Shown piece by piece: positions 26,289 to 41,100 of a stretch of 64,000 bases of DNA. Each line of letters opens with the position of its first letter. Within the stretch, counting starts at the first letter, position 1. The position numbers were made by a program, and so were the translations under genes. Origin of the DNA: Trichosphaerium sp. ATCC 40318. Lineage: Eukaryota; Protista; Tubulinea. The notes under the pieces are model-generated. The model saw only the letters and a program-made list of their open reading frames with translations. It did no database searches and was not told where the DNA came from. The stretch spans positions 1 to 64,000 of the forward strand of contig JALMLS010000315.1 of assembly GCA_038496445.1 (NCBI GenBank), given 5' to 3'.

Positions 26289-28498
26289 ATGTCAGACGAC
26301 GACAGAGACCGCTCTAGCAGAAAGCGTAGGCGGACACGCGATAGTGACCGTGATCGCCGCGATACCAGAGACAGGGATAGTAGAAGTAGTCGTGATGATG
26401 ATAAGGACAGAGAACACAGGCATAAACGGCACAAGAGCAGTAGACATAAAAGTAGTAGAAGCCATAGAAGCTCTAGAGATAGTAGAGATAGCAGAGATGA
26501 TAGGGACTACGAAAAGGACGTAAAACGTGAAACAAAAGTTAAAAAAGAGCCAAAAGTTGAAGATATGTTCAAAAACGATGATGAGGAGGTTCCACAACAA
26601 GCCTCCAGTATAGAGAGCAAGAAAGCGAAGCTAGCAGCAATCAGAAAAAAATTGGCTGACAAGAACGCTCTACTCGAGAAGCTACGGTTAAAAAAGCAAG
26701 CAGCACAAGCAAAAACCGCCGCTGCAGCAAAAGCACAAGCTTCTGGGCCAAGACCGCTTTTACTTGACGACGAAGGCAGGGAAGTAGATGAGCATGGTAA
26801 CGTTATTCAAAGCCGCACTACTATAGTGTCAACACTGAAGGCTAATCAAAGAAATGACATTCGTGATGGACAAAAAAAGACAAGAGGTCGTGTATACGAT
26901 CCAAGAATGAAAATGCCAGCGGCAGAGCGTAAAAAGCGTTCATTTAATTTCATAGAGCCAGGAAAATACGTCCGTATTTCAAAGAGGATAAGATGGTTCC
27001 AACAACAAGTACAACGGGATAATGCTGCCGACACTGCAGGTAACATTTTTGATTATAATTATGTTGACGATACTAACCTCTTACTAGGTGATGGAGTGCA
27101 AGCTGCCGCAGTAAACCTGGCTGAAGCTGAACTACAGATGAAAATGAAAAGAAAAGGAGAAATGCTTGCACGTGAAATACCGGCAATAGAATGGTGGGAT
27201 CGTCCTTTTACGAAGCAAGGAAGTTATGAATCAGGACCTGATTATACTACATTGAATGTTTATGTTGAGCATCCTATTCAACTCAAGCCTGCAGCTGATC
27301 CTGGCGCACCTGCTCCACAACCTTTAAAACTTACAAAAGTTGAACAAAAGAAGTTGAGAAAGAGGATTCGTCAAGAGAAACAGAAAGAAAAATATGACAG
27401 GTTTATTCTTGGTTTAGATGAGGCTCCTGAAGCGAAGGTTAAGATTAAGAATATGATGCGTGTTTATGGTTCAGAGGCAGTTCAAGATCCAACACAGATT
27501 GAAGCAAAAGTACGACAAGAGATGATGGAACGTCAGCGCCGTCATGAGGAGAGAAATCAAGCTAGGAAACTAACACCTGAAGAGAGATCCGCTAAGGTAA
27601 TTTTTTTTTTGTCTTTTCTTTCTTTTTGTTTATTTGAGCTTATGATACCTTTAGAAACGTAGGAAAATGCGTGAGGATACCTCTCTAAAGACTAAGGTAG
27701 CTGTATATAGAGTTGGTAAGATGCACTTGGCCGATCCAAGAAAGAAATTTAAAATTGACAAAAATGCACAACAGTTGAACCTTTCTGGCTGTTGTCTTCT
27801 GTGTGGTACAAGTGAATTTGCTGTTGTCATTGTAGAAGGTGGACCTAAAGGTCTAAGGAAGTATAAGGTAATAACAAGCTCACAAATAGGAAAAAAGATG
27901 AAATTTTTGTTTTCTCATTTTTTGGAGATATTGAATTCTTACCTTCTGTATTAGGGTCTATTGCTACGTAGAATGAAGTGGCTGGAAAGACAAGATGAAG
28001 ATACAGACTTCCCTGAAGGAACAGAGACTTGTGCATTGGCATGGGAGGTGCGTGATATTTTTTTTTTGAATGGTTTTTGATTTTCTATCATTGTCTGCAA
28101 ACGCCTTCAAAACGTAGTGTATAAAACCAGTTTATTGTTTGCGTACTGCGTACAAACTTTTAAACGTGATAGCTGCAAGTACAGAAAAAACAAAAAAATT
28201 AGAATTTCAAACCTCAATTCGACCTTTCTTTTGCTACGCCTTCGTTTTATGCGTCACAGGCGATTTTAGTACTTTAATTTCTAAATAAGTAATTTGTGCA
28301 GTACGATCTATAAACTGTACCAAATATGACGTGTATGTTATTGTTTACTAATGGCGTTTACCTTAGGGAGAAACGTTGAAGGCCGCTTTTAGAAATTTTG
28401 CATTTTATGCCTGTGATACAGAATTGGAGGCTAGAAAGTACCTTGAAGATAGAGGCGTTGTACAGTATTTTGATATGTGCAAGAACCACAACAATTAA
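26289..28498 (+). CDS. PRPF3: U4/U6 snRNP protein Prp3
   Basis: IPAIEWWD, YVEHPIQL, KVKIKNMMRVYGSEAVQDPTQIEAKVRQEM, NAQQLNLSG, VIVEGGPKGLRKYK; RS/RD-rich N-terminus. Confidence 0.95.
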
Positions 28499-28704
28499 AG
28501 GCGAACCAACCAAAAAAAAACTTCAGTACACCTTTACGTGACCGCGTAGAAAAAGTAATAATAAAGCGTATTGTGGTTGTTTAGTGAGTTAGGGTTATAA
28601 ATAGACGAGTAAAAAATCTGGCAAGCACAGAATATCGACAAAGTGAAAGTCAATATAAATAGAATATTCTTTTGTAGTTCTAAGTCCATCATTGCTTCTC
28701 GGCA

Positions 28705-30501
28705 ATGGCCTGCTGTTTTCAACTCGGTGGACCGAGTGGGAAAAGCGAAGGAGAGCTCGCAAAGGACAGAAAGAAGTCACGTATGATAGATCAGGACCTC
28801 CGTAATAGAGATGGTACTCCAGGTAGACAACACAAGTTGCTATTGCTCGGTACGTTGCTAACGGTACTTTTAACTTGTAAAAAACGTAATTTCTCTCGTC
28901 AGGTACCGGCGATTCGGGTAAGAGCACCTTTGCGAAGCAAATGAAGATACTATTCCTCAATGGCTTTAAAAAGAGAGAGATTGAAGCTTATCGCTTGTTG
29001 GCAAAAGAACAAGTGATGCAAACAATAATACGCCTAGCACAGGGTGCGGAGAAGCTTGGTATCAAGGTTGGCAAAAAGGTAAACGAGCCCTACCAATCAA
29101 ATTGATCATTTTTATTTTTATAAATGTACTATTAGCCCTAATTATTTGTTTTAGAAGGATATTGAGAGCATTAATGAAGCAACGGAGCTCAATATGGAGA
29201 ATGTAAAACATGTAGAGGCTGTATGGGCTGATAAAGGTATAAAAGAGGCTTGGGCAAAGCGTAGAGAGTTTCAGATCGATACTTGTGCAGACTAGTACGT
29301 CAAGACGGACAAGAGAACTCTTTTACTTCAGATTCCATCATGATTATCATATTTTAAATAGTGACATCTAACGCTATGTAGCCTTCTAGATAACGTCCGT
29401 CGTATCGCTAGTGAAGACTTCCAACCAACAGAAAAGGTCAACTTGATTTTTTTTGATGATGTTTTTTTTTGGACGTCGTTTTGTGGTTTTAATGTAACCT
29501 TTGTGTTTAGGATATTCTCCGCCTCAGGAAGAAGAGTACTGGTATTATTGAAATCAAGTTTGAGATTGAAGACTCTCAGTTTTGTTTGGTGGACGTGGGA
29601 GGACAACGGAGCGAGCGTAGGAAGTGGTTACATTGTTTTGAGGTACAACTGACATTTTGGTTCAGTACAGGCGAAGCAAAGCGCTTTTTTTGTGGATTTT
29701 TTTTCAAAATTTAGCATTTTTTTTTCTGTAACTATCATTGGCACTCTTCTAAGGCATTTGCGCTTTTTTAAATAATAATAGGCCCTTGTTCACATTTTGT
29801 TACTAACGCTCTTATTTAGGATGTGAGCGCAATAGTTTATTTTGTAGCTTTGAACGAATGTACGTTAATCTCAGATTTTTTTGTGGCTTTTGGCCACATT
29901 TATATTTTTATTTTTTTTTGGACGTAATAGTTTGCTTTTGTGGAAGCAAATAACGTTGATTTTGAGACCAAAATCATTTTATTTTTTTTTTTTTTTGTTG
30001 TTTGTTTTTGTTGTCTAATGTCATGAAGATGATATGAAACTTGAAGAAGATGAACGTGTTAACCGTATGCGTGAATCATTGGAACTATTTCTTGAAATAT
30101 CAAGCTCAAAGTGGTTTAATAAGACGCCGTTCATTATGTTTTTGAATAAGTCTGATTTATTCAGAGAAAAAGTAAAAGAGGTCCCACTAACAGACTTATT
30201 TCCAGAGTACAAGGGTAAGTATATAATTGCGCGAACCACATTTACGTGTTCATTACGTAATGTTTTTTCTAGGTGGTAAAAACTATGAAGAAGGTCTCAG
30301 CTACATCAAAGTATGAACGTTTATTTCAGTTTTTTTTTTTGTTGTCTAATATTTTATCTGTAGAAACGATACAAGGATGAATTTGAAGGTAGAGGTCATT
30401 TGTATACTTATGTTACGTGCGCATTGAGCACGGAGAATGTCAGCAAGGTGTTCGAATCTGTAAAGAACACTGTAATCCAGCAAGAATCACTGGATCTGTA
30501 G
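28705..30501 (+). CDS. Heterotrimeric G-protein alpha subunit (8 exons)
   Basis: [56 protein letters not shown]. Confidence 0.97.
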
Positions 30502-30640
30502 TAGTAAAAACATGTAAAGTAAGAGATGAATTTGTATTTTGACAAACGACTTGATTATGCGCTAGTAACTTTAGCATGAAGCCTGTCTTTCTTGTGTAAG
30601 GCCTTGATTAAGAGTTCTAGCCTCTGGAAGCATGCAATTA

Positions 30641-30713
30641 GCTCTAATAGTACAACGGCAGTATGACAAGTTGGCGGAACTTGCAGATCCGGGTTCGATT
30701 CCCGGTTGGGGCA
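30641..30713 (+). tRNA. tRNA-like Pol III gene with atypical anticodon arm (identity unassignable)
   Basis: Acceptor stem GCTCTAA/TTGGGGC+A, D arm GTAC-AACGGCA-GTAT, T arm CCGGG-TTCGATT-CCCGG, and a T-run terminator at 30719-30723. Confidence 0.8.
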
Positions 30714-30978
30714 TTTACTTTTTAGAGTACCAATAAAAGTTCAACATTAACCAAGGTATTCCAAACAATGTAATGTTTGTTTGGTTTATTTGACTTAAGC
30801 AAGCTAAAATACACGCGCAATCCGCGTAGATTACGTGAATGTGAACACGTAAAATAGTGCCGCTTTTCGTGTAATCCGCGTTACAACACAAGCTCCAAAG
30901 CTCTACCAAACAATTCATCTCGCGTGACAGGCGTCAAAGTAGGTCTATGGCCAACAGTGCGCTCACTATTGTACCACT

Positions 30979-31874
30979 ATGGATGTATCTACGTTACAAC
31001 ATTGCATAGCCAAACCTAAGAAACAACAAACGTATTTTGCCCCTACCTCTGGTAGTTTAACTATGAAACGTAAACGTGATTCATCTGACGCTACAACACC
31101 AACTGAATCTGGTGGCTCTGTGAAAAAGCAACGTACAACCACTCAAATTCCACGCTCTGTGATAGTATTGGATGTAACGAATGGTTCTATGCAAGCTTTA
31201 GGTTCGTGTACATAATGTAAACGCTTCATTTGAATTTCTGTAAACGATTTTGCTTAACGTTACTCCTTTACCTTTAAACAGCACCGCTTAGGCTAAACTC
31301 ATGTTATTTAGTTACATACAGCCCACACTTTCTATCTGGTGAAGAAATCTCTTGTCTTTTTCAAGAACTGAACTCTCATACAGACGACTTTAATCAAGAC
31401 GTGTTTAAGCTCTATGGTAAAGAGTATAGATCACCAAGGCTCGTTGGAGCATTCGGAGATAGAAAAGGCATCTCTTATACATACTCTGGTAACACTAGAA
31501 CAACAGTAGGGCAATTCACACCGACAATGCTTGCTGTTAAGAAAAGGATTGAGGAAATCGTAGGACACCCTCTTAATTATGTCCTAGTGAACTGGTACAG
31601 GGATGGTAAGGATCATATAACATGGCATAATGATAAAGAGAAAGATTTAGTTACAGGATCAGCTATTGCTTCTATCAGTGTTGGTGCTGTCCGAGATTTT
31701 AAGTTAAGAGTGGAGAAGACTAAAAAAGTGACTACTGTAAAGTTAGGATCTGGAAGTTTATTACTGATGCTTAAGGATACTCAAAAACTATGTAAGCATA
31801 GCTTACCTAAACGTGTACGACTTAAAGATGTAAGGTTCAATCTTACATTCAGGTACATGGCGCTACCAAATTGA
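30979..31874 (+). CDS. ALKBH2/3-like DNA/RNA repair dioxygenase (start may be 31063)
   Basis: PRLVGAFG, YTYSG, NYVLVNWYRDGKDHITWHNDKE, IASISVGAVRDF, KHSLPKR, RFNLTFR. Confidence 0.92.
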
Positions 31875-31991
31875 CAAGCAACCTCACTTAGCAATGTTGG
31901 CAAAAAAAACAATTTATACAACCGTTTCTCTCTGGATATCATAGGTTTAGTTACAGTAGAGCATAGTTTTAAGTAAAATTTCGTAATTTTG

Positions 31992-32113
31992 CTGGTCAGC
32001 ATGTTGAATAAAATAAAACAAAATAGCTCAAAAACTATGAGTGCTGAGTCAATCCTGGTCACTGGGAATAAACAACTATAAGTTTAGTTTATGTTTTCTA
32101 TGTTGCACGTGTT
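31992..32113 (+). repeat. Dispersed ~125-bp element, copy 1
   Basis: Closely matches 55030-55160. Confidence 0.9.
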
Positions 32114-32165
32114 TAGAAGAAATGTAAGCTGTACAAATTTCATAGAATATATTTATTCTTTCTTT

Positions 32166-35100
32166 TTAGTCACGTGTTATGAAATCAGTATCAATTTCTA
32201 TACAAGATGTGATAGCATATGTTAATTTACGTCTTGCTATTTCTGCAGTTGAGTACTTTGGCCAATCAAGAGCAAAAAAGCAAGTATGTGCTTGAGGTAA
32301 AAAGTCGTCATGGTTTCCGCTGTTATTGAAGTTACAGATACAAAATGTATATTCTCCATCAGCTGGTAGTCTAGAGCGACCTATTAAAAGTATGTCAGAA
32401 GGTTACTAAGTAATGTAAAGGGAGATTAAAACCATGTATTTTAGCTTTTTTTGTCTTTTGTTCTTTTTTTTTCTTTCTTCTTCTTGTACTTGCCTGAAAC
32501 GAAACGTAGAAGAAGACGGCGCTGTTCATCTGTAAACTCTTCCATGGCAAGCCAAAAGTATTTTACATGCTTAGACTACGTTGTATGTAAACAAACAAAC
32601 CCAAGATAGCAGAGGGAAGAAATATTAAAAATCATCGTACAGCTGGGTCAACTTGACGGTAGATTGTATTGTTCTTAAGTTGAGTAATATCAATACTATG
32701 CATTCCACAGACGCGCTGTTCAATCTCCTTAGCAGAAAGTATATTCAAAATTTCAATAGGCATAGTCTTGGCAATGCCTCTTGCAATCTATGTCAAAGAG
32801 TTAGATCAGTATTGACATCAATACAAGAAAAAATCCAAAGAACATACCTGACGAACAGGTTCAGAGAACTCCTCAAGCTTATACCTAAGTAGCAGCTTGA
32901 TGTATTCATTTCTATTCTTAAAGGTTACGGGAGTATCTTTACCACCTGAGCTTAGGGCTACTTCTCTACCATCTGCTGAATACGTTAAGAAGCTTTCAAA
33001 GGCTATTGCAGCAAAGCTCTCTTCTGATTCAGCTGCTACATATCATAGTTAATAACGAAGGTAAACATATATACAATACTAAAAGCCTAAGCTATGGACG
33101 TACTTTCATACATGCGCATCAGATTAACACAGTTCAAATCGACTGTTTTTAGATCATCAATGTCCACTAAGAGGTAGAAAAACAAATGTCAATAGTAAAC
33201 CTTTTTTTTTTTTGTTTAAACTGTTAGACAAAACTCACCTTTTAGACCAATGAGAGGTTTCCAGATAAGCGAAGGCCAATCAAATTCTAATGGATTCCTA
33301 GTTCTTATAGCGATACCTAGTTGGAATGTTAAAACGTGAATACATAAGGAAGTGGTAATGAAAAAAAGATCGTAAAACAAGTACCAAGAAGAATGCCAAT
33401 AAATTCGAAGAAAAATGGATGTTTGCCAACAGGATTAGGATTTGGTACAAATTTATCTGTATCTGTACCAACATCACCTTGATTATTCGCAGTAGGAACG
33501 AATAGATCCGTATTATTCTACAAAAAAATGAGAAACAACAAAAGAAAAAACTGGTTTAGTAAACAACATAATTTTTTACAACGTACTTGGCACTCCCTGC
33601 AAATTGTTGATAAAGTCTCACGGTATGGTCCACCGACGTCTTGAGATCCTTCACTAACAAAAACGACTTCAAACGCTCTATCATCAAGATGGAATCTACG
33701 TGGATCAACTTGTTGGACCTACAAGTGCAAAGACATTTAGTACTAAATGATAAAGAAAAATAAAGTTAAATAAGTTACCCTTTCAAAGACTTGTTGCCAT
33801 ACTGGTATCTCACTTCGTCTATCAATCTTAATTTTAGGTCTTACAATTGTTGTAGTTGTTTCACGAAGAGCTTCAGTGAGCCACTCCATCTTCACAGTGG
33901 TAAACACAAGCCCACGAAGTGCACCTTTAGTTTTTATTAGCAAACAAATTCCTTTGTTTTGAAGCGTTGTGTTTTTAAGACATACCTAGGTATTTAGCTA
34001 CACTCCACTGTTCTCTCACTGGTTGTAAATTTATGATTGGAAGTATACAAGACATCTTAAAGTTGAAGTACTTCAAAACTTCAAATCTGGCCTAATTGAG
34101 ACTTTAAGCACACGAACCGTACTTTCTGATTGTTTGGTTAACACAATACTTACTTCGAGGACATTCTCAGGCATATCTGCTAATAAATCTAGAGCTTTGA
34201 GTTGTGCAATATCACAATCAGAGAATCGGAGTCTAACAGACTCGTGAACTCCATGTGGCTTCGATTTTTGGCTGTGAAGGCGACGATTCTACAACGAGGT
34301 ACTTTAACAAACAAACTATTGAGCTAATATCCAAAACTGCTTACCTTTCCTGTAGCATTAACCCAAGCAACTAGATGCTGGTCCTACATAGAACCCCAAA
34401 GGTTAGTTGTTGTACAAAGGACAAAAGAGTAAGCTGATGTTACGTTACCTTGACAATATCCCAACTATCTTGAGAAGCCAATGCAACTGTCCTCATTGCA
34501 GTCCATTTTTCCTTGCGTGTGTTTTCTGTGACATCACTAAATACTGGTGTTGCAGTGAACCTGAATCCCCATTCTGGATATACTGCCTTGGATACAAACA
34601 TCCAAACAAAACTGTTACCAGGTATGTTTATTTGATACGACCAATTATATCCTGAGAACTGACGCAAGAAAGTACCATTAGGTAATTGGAAAATTAGCAT
34701 AGCGCCACCAGGAACCAAAGCACAACGTGGATCAAACTCAATATTAATAGACTTGGCTCCACTTGAGAAGAAAAAAAGGGTAAGAAAAAAGAAAACAATC
34801 TTGTTATTTGTTTAAATCATATCTGTCTTACCGGAAGGATACAACACTAGTGAGACTTGACGATGGGAGGTAAGGGTGTTTTGTTTCTTCTATCCAAGAC
34901 TCTTGTTTCTTTTGGTACTCACTGGAGAACGTTTCACGAATGAATTTCTCAGGAAAGTTTTGACCTACAATGTTTAGTAAGAACAAAATAAAAAGTCAGA
35001 TGCACTTACCCAGGTTTACTGCTTGCATAACAGTTACCATTTCCATTACATCCCTTAGGAAAACGTTGTGTTTCTTGGTTCTAGGAGTTCCTGTCTCCTC

Positions 35101-38100
35101 GTGTTCGATTTCTTTAATCTCTTGAACCTAGCACGACTTTAGAGCAAAAACTTCCTGTCAAATAGTGCGCACCTTTGCTAAACACTCAACGAGTCTCTGA
35201 AGGTACAACGAATGTGTGCTTGCGACAGATTTACGTTCATGACTGTAGGCTATTCTAAGATGTTCCTATAATCACGTGATTTAGTGGTAAGGTAAGAAAA
35301 GAGAAAGGTAGTACAGAAAGATCTGCTACAAGACCATCCAAGTCAGGTTTGTTATCAACATCAAATAGTTTATATTGAGATAAGAGCCGTGTTAGCGCCT
35401 GTAATATACGTATGCGTTTACTGATAAACATATCCTCATTAAAGTGGTTGAGAAGAGTAGCATATAGCTCAGTGATGTACATTGGCTTGACCCTAATATG
35501 TGAAAAATAAGAACTTTTTTTTGGCGGCGTATAGGACGTACCATACAGGCTGTAATGTCAATAACCACTCCACAACGTACATACCAAAGTCGAAATTAGG
35601 CTTCACGAGAATATCTTCATCAGAGTACTTCCTGTTGAGTGGGATAACATAAAACTTAAATCCCCAGCATTTGGCTGTTTTACCACTCTTGAAGAGCATC
35701 CAAAACGAGTTTGTATTAAGAACCGTTACCGGGAAGCACCGCTGACCGGATCCATGGAACAATGCCAAGTATTTAGTTAAATTAGAGTCTTCATAGAACC
35801 AAAGTATATCACTACCAATATCCGTCTTACACCGTGGATCGAATACAACAGCAACACTTTGTGCACCCTTTTTTCGAAAAAAAAGTTAGTACTTCGTGTT
35901 TGTTCGTTTGGTTGTCTCTGTGCAGAGAATAAAAGCTGTCTTTGTTACCTCTAGTTCAACATATCTCTTCTCTTTTGTTCCTTCCGTGTAAGGATGTTGA
36001 GATTCTACAGTAACATAAGGTACATCTTCATTTTCTGTTTCCATCATATTATGTATTGCTTCCATAATGAGAAGTGCTGTAAACGTGTCAGGATTACTCC
36101 TAGGCGTTTTCGGTTGATGTTTTTCTGCAACAGCAAAGCTTCTTGGTGTCAAATCACTTAGAGACTTGGATATAGAGCGTCTAAGCAAAAAAGTGAACAA
36201 CCATAGTCAAAAAAAAAAGGTCGGGATTGAAGTGGAAGTACCTTAAAGATCTGTTTTCTGAAACACGTTGCGGCTCAGCAGCGTTTCTAATATGTGATAT
36301 CCAACCAGAACAAGAACTAGTATCGCTTGCAGCGAATGTAAGGCTCTGTGATGGAGATGTAACTTGAAAACAGAAGTCTCTTCCTATTTGTAACTTGTTT
36401 AGTACTTCCCTGTTAAGACGATAACGTTCTTACCTCTTGTCTTGGCAATAGCTCTAACAGTTGTGATATCTTTAAGCTCTATCGTCGTTGGTTGTGCTAT
36501 GCTATTATCGAGGCTATACGCTAAGATAGTGTCCTTGAGTACCAAGTTACATTTGGTCCATTCTTGTTTAGACAACTGTCCGCCATCGAACTTCCATACA
36601 ACACCACGTGGTGTAGATACAACTCTGCTCTTGATAGGACTCATAGTTTGAATAGAGATATCCTTGTCACCCGTCTAAAACAAGTCAAAACGAAACAGTT
36701 AACACTCTCTTCAGCGTACTGCTTTTTCTAGTGTTGCCTTCTTTGCTAGACTTGCTCGAGCAATTTTAAGCCATGCTTTTGCAATTCTTTTAACCAGAGC
36801 TCGTTTAGCTGATGTAACACGTCTGCAAACAGTCTCTTCTTTGAGGATTTTACATATCTTATGTTTGATAAGCGTAAGATCCTTGTTTTCGTCTAATCTA
36901 AAATCAAGGGTTTCCGGTTGTGCATTGGACAAAGAATCAAGAACAATGAGCTTTAGAAGGCGCATAAGACTTGCTCCATTTCCAAATAGTGACATTGTGA
37001 GGTCATGGGAAGGTGGCATGTGACTTAAGAATGTGTTTGCGCACTGTCTGGCTTGAAGAACACAAAGTGATTTCTAGGTACACGTGATAATTAGTACATT
37101 GATTGTGTTGTAAGTTGGACGTACTTCAATCTCAATACGCTTGCTTCGAAGCTCTATTTTTGTCATTTTATCATATTTTTCAATAAGTTTCAAGCACTTT
37201 GTTGGAATCCAGTACGATGTAGCTTTAGGTGGTACTTTTGTTGATGTATTAAAGTCAAGAAGAACCATATCATTCGGAATATTAATATCCATTACTGTAC
37301 CACGCATACCCTTCAAAGCGAGCTCATTCATTTCCTTCATATGAAGTAAGCAGACATTACAAAAAAGCATCTTAAGAAGCACCTCTAGCCAACAGTTGTT
37401 ATCAGAAACATCTTCTTTTGTAACTATCAGACGCCAGCCTTTACGTATGTTTGCAGTTACTAGTGTAGACTAATTGATGTTAGCGTTATCAACAAGACTG
37501 GTAGGAACATTACCTCATCATCAGTATAACCTTCAGGGTACAAACTAGGCATTAAAGGTGCTGGTTTTTCACCAAAAGCATTCGCTGCAATTGGTCGGTG
37601 TATTAATAAAAAGACACCCTTTGGATTCTCTATCATCTCAATGGCTTCACATGTTTCGCATAAGTTATAATCTGGCCTACATAGAACGAAAGGTTAAACA
37701 TATACAATCAAAAAAAAGTCACAAAGAAACTAACCTGTTTATGCACTTATAGCGTATACCCTCGACAACATTAGCACACCTAGAGCATGAAATACCCACA
37801 TGCACTTTATTGTAGTCAACAGGACCTTCATCCTTATACATACAAGAGAACAACGGAAACCGAGCTTCCTAGAAAAGCGCATAAACAAAAAGGACTGTAT
37901 AATAAAAATCTAACATACAGCTGGTGGGTATAGTATATTCGCAAGTGTGTCCGAACACTGAGATTTTGGAGGAACAGGTGTACGTATTCGGTAGAATAAG
38001 TGCATATCATTACGTGTTGCTGAGTTATAGCAAGATTCACACAAGTCGTAGTCACCTGAATTAGCATCTTTATATCTATCACCAATAATAGGTTGTTTTG

Positions 38101-41100
38101 TGCATCCATCACAGTAATGCAAATGATGTGAACCTCTTTTCCTTTCTACATACAAGTCAGTTATGTCATTTTTGTTTCATGATTTCAACACACGTGATCG
38201 CGTACCTTTACGTCTGACAAATCCTTTGGTACCACATAATTTCTCATAGTACCTCAAGTGATCAATAAAATGAACTTGTTCTGAGATACCAATAGCTGTG
38301 AGAATCTAAAACAGCAAAAAAACAGGGTCAGCTTAGGTTAAAAAAAGACAGTAAATGGCCAAGCTATAGGCCATCTCAGTGTACCTCTTTGCTGTTTTCT
38401 ACAAGAAGCTGCAAACCGAAAAGTGCTGTAACATATTCATTACTGCTAACAGCTCCATCGCGATCATAATCAACAGAAGAAAATTGAGCTTTCAAATGAT
38501 CTATTTCCTTGCTCGACAGATTAAGCTACAATCAATGTAAGGAAAATCCTCAAGTAACCACACCCGTCATTTGTACCTTATTTACAATTCTTAGGTAGTC
38601 TGGTGTATCCTTTTCTGAGAGCAGGTTTGCTATAACGAAAGTAAGAAAGAAATGAGTGCCGCCTTAAAAAAAATGCGTACGAAACATGGGATCGTTAATA
38701 GGGTTGAATAGTTCGCAACCTATTGCCTCTGACATCTCAATGTTAACTAGAGTTTCGCTTACATCAGAAAGCTTTTGTCTCTTCTCATCAGATATTGGGC
38801 GTAGTGCCAACTCGATCAAAGGTGCTAGTACATCTACAAGGAATGAGTTGGTGAACAGGCTTTCGTGTAAAATTTTACGTTGTTGCACATCGTTGTCCAT
38901 ATTGTTCAGAGGTGATTCAAGAAGATATTGAATGACTTTCACGGCTGTTGATTTCAGTTTAGCAAGATCATCTATAGCCCAATCAGGTGTCTTATCAACA
39001 TCAATATCAGTAACCAGCAGTGGTAGTAGACTTGATCGCAGCTCCTAAAATAATAATCAAACCGTGTTATTATCAAATACAGGCATACGCTTAGTGAAGG
39101 AAGATGGGCAATATTGGGCCTTTCTTGATCAAGTAGAGTTATCCCTGCGCCATCAAGTGTATAAGCATAAACGGGAGCAGTAGGAGTTCTCCAGAACTTC
39201 TCCTGTAACTAAGAAAAATCATTAGCCTGGTAACAAAAACAGTTTGACGCACTAGTATTCGATGACATGTTCCAGTATTAGCAGGTAAGCAGTTCATCAC
39301 TTGTCCTGACTTTTCAATTACCGAAACCATGCTACCAACATGCTTAAACTCTGATGTGCGCGCGCCAAGAATATACAATGCCGTATAGATATTGGTCAAG
39401 GTAGCTTCATCAAATACAGCTTTGTCTTCCTTTAAGAAAAATATGAGAAAAAATAGAACACTTTTTAGTTGAAGCAAAAACACGTGCTTTTACTGCTTTT
39501 AGAAATTGTGGCGTTGCACTTAGTGCGGTTATGACAAGTTTCCTAAGGTAGAGTCAGTAGCCCATACAATTCATTAAACAACTCGTACGTCATTGAGTCT
39601 CTCCATTTGTCATACTTAAAGAGAGATCGTAGCGTGTTGATAATGTCTGTAAGATAAGCAGCTCGCTGGTGGTGTTTGTGAAGACGTCCGACAACTAATA
39701 AAATCATATAAGTAACAACTAATTATGATAGTATTTTAAACTCACAAGGAGGTGTAAGCTTCGGCCTCATCCAATCGTGCACATCAAACACAAATGGAGA
39801 ATTACCAAAATTGACTTTGCAAACTCCCTAATAAAGTTAAGAACTATCGTCGTGCTTAAATGGGAGACTTACACCACGGACTGCTATTCCAATAGCAGGG
39901 TATAAAGACCCAAAAACATTATAAAAGGCAATTCCTAAGAATCTCCCGTTCAATGTAAAGGCAATAGTCCCTGATTTAGAATCGTAAAGAAGACCAGCTG
40001 TATCATCTGGAGAAGATTAGTAAATAGCATGATCTGATATTTCTTTGCTCTGAGCTTAATTAAAATACTACGTACTGACGTCTGCCCATGAAGGACCATA
40101 CTTGACTGCTTTATTACCGTCCATTCTATAGTTAAATATATTACCATCATCACCATGGTACCTACTCTCATAAGAATCTTTTAAAGCAAAAAAATATAAA
40201 AAAAACATGACTTACCCGTAACTACCATGACACCAACCAGGCATACCACTCATTTTGATAAGATCCTCAAAAGGATACACACCAAGAGCAATAGCACCTT
40301 TTTCATTACCTTCACCTGGGTCTACTACCGTAACTTCAAAGTAATAAAACCGACCAATACTTGGAATGGCTTGATCCCTAAAAAACACCCCGGTCAATCA
40401 TTTCTTTACAATAAACGTTTATCACTTACGAGTGAACCATTGTTCCTTGATCCTTGAACGACTTGTTTTCTCTATAGTACGTAAGTCCTTCATCACCTAA
40501 ATGACTAGGACCAGTCATATGGAAACTATCAAGTCTTGTAGGTTGATCAACATTATAACTAGCCGTAAGAGAGTACGGAACACTAGACGTAGGTACAGGC
40601 ACTTTGTTGTGCCAAGTCGAAGCACTTGGTGGAAGCGAATCTGGAGCCTAAAAATGAACTAAGAAGAAACTCATTGAAGTACACAAACTATACCTCAGTG
40701 CTACCTGCAATAGCATATAATATTTGTGCGATATTATGAGATTGTCCTTCAAGGACAGTTGATGGATCAACATAAGGAAGTATCATTTGTAATGAAAATA
40801 TAAGGTTGCTTCGTGCAAATATCAGATTTTGTTTGGAGACTAATCTTAATAGAACAGAAACACGTTCAGGCTAAGTTCAAAGTTAGATTTTTCGTTTTTT
40901 GGGCTGTAAATAGCAGTCATGTACTCACCGTTGATAACGCTTTTGCGATATGTTTACCAGCGCAAGACTTGCGTAATATGAGTATGAGAGACTTCATTTG
41001 ATGGTGAGACATTATTGCTTCTTTGTAATCCAACAAAAGAAGTAACTTTGATAATAACACTTCCTGTATTGGATGTGCCTATTCAAAGAAGTTAATTTGT

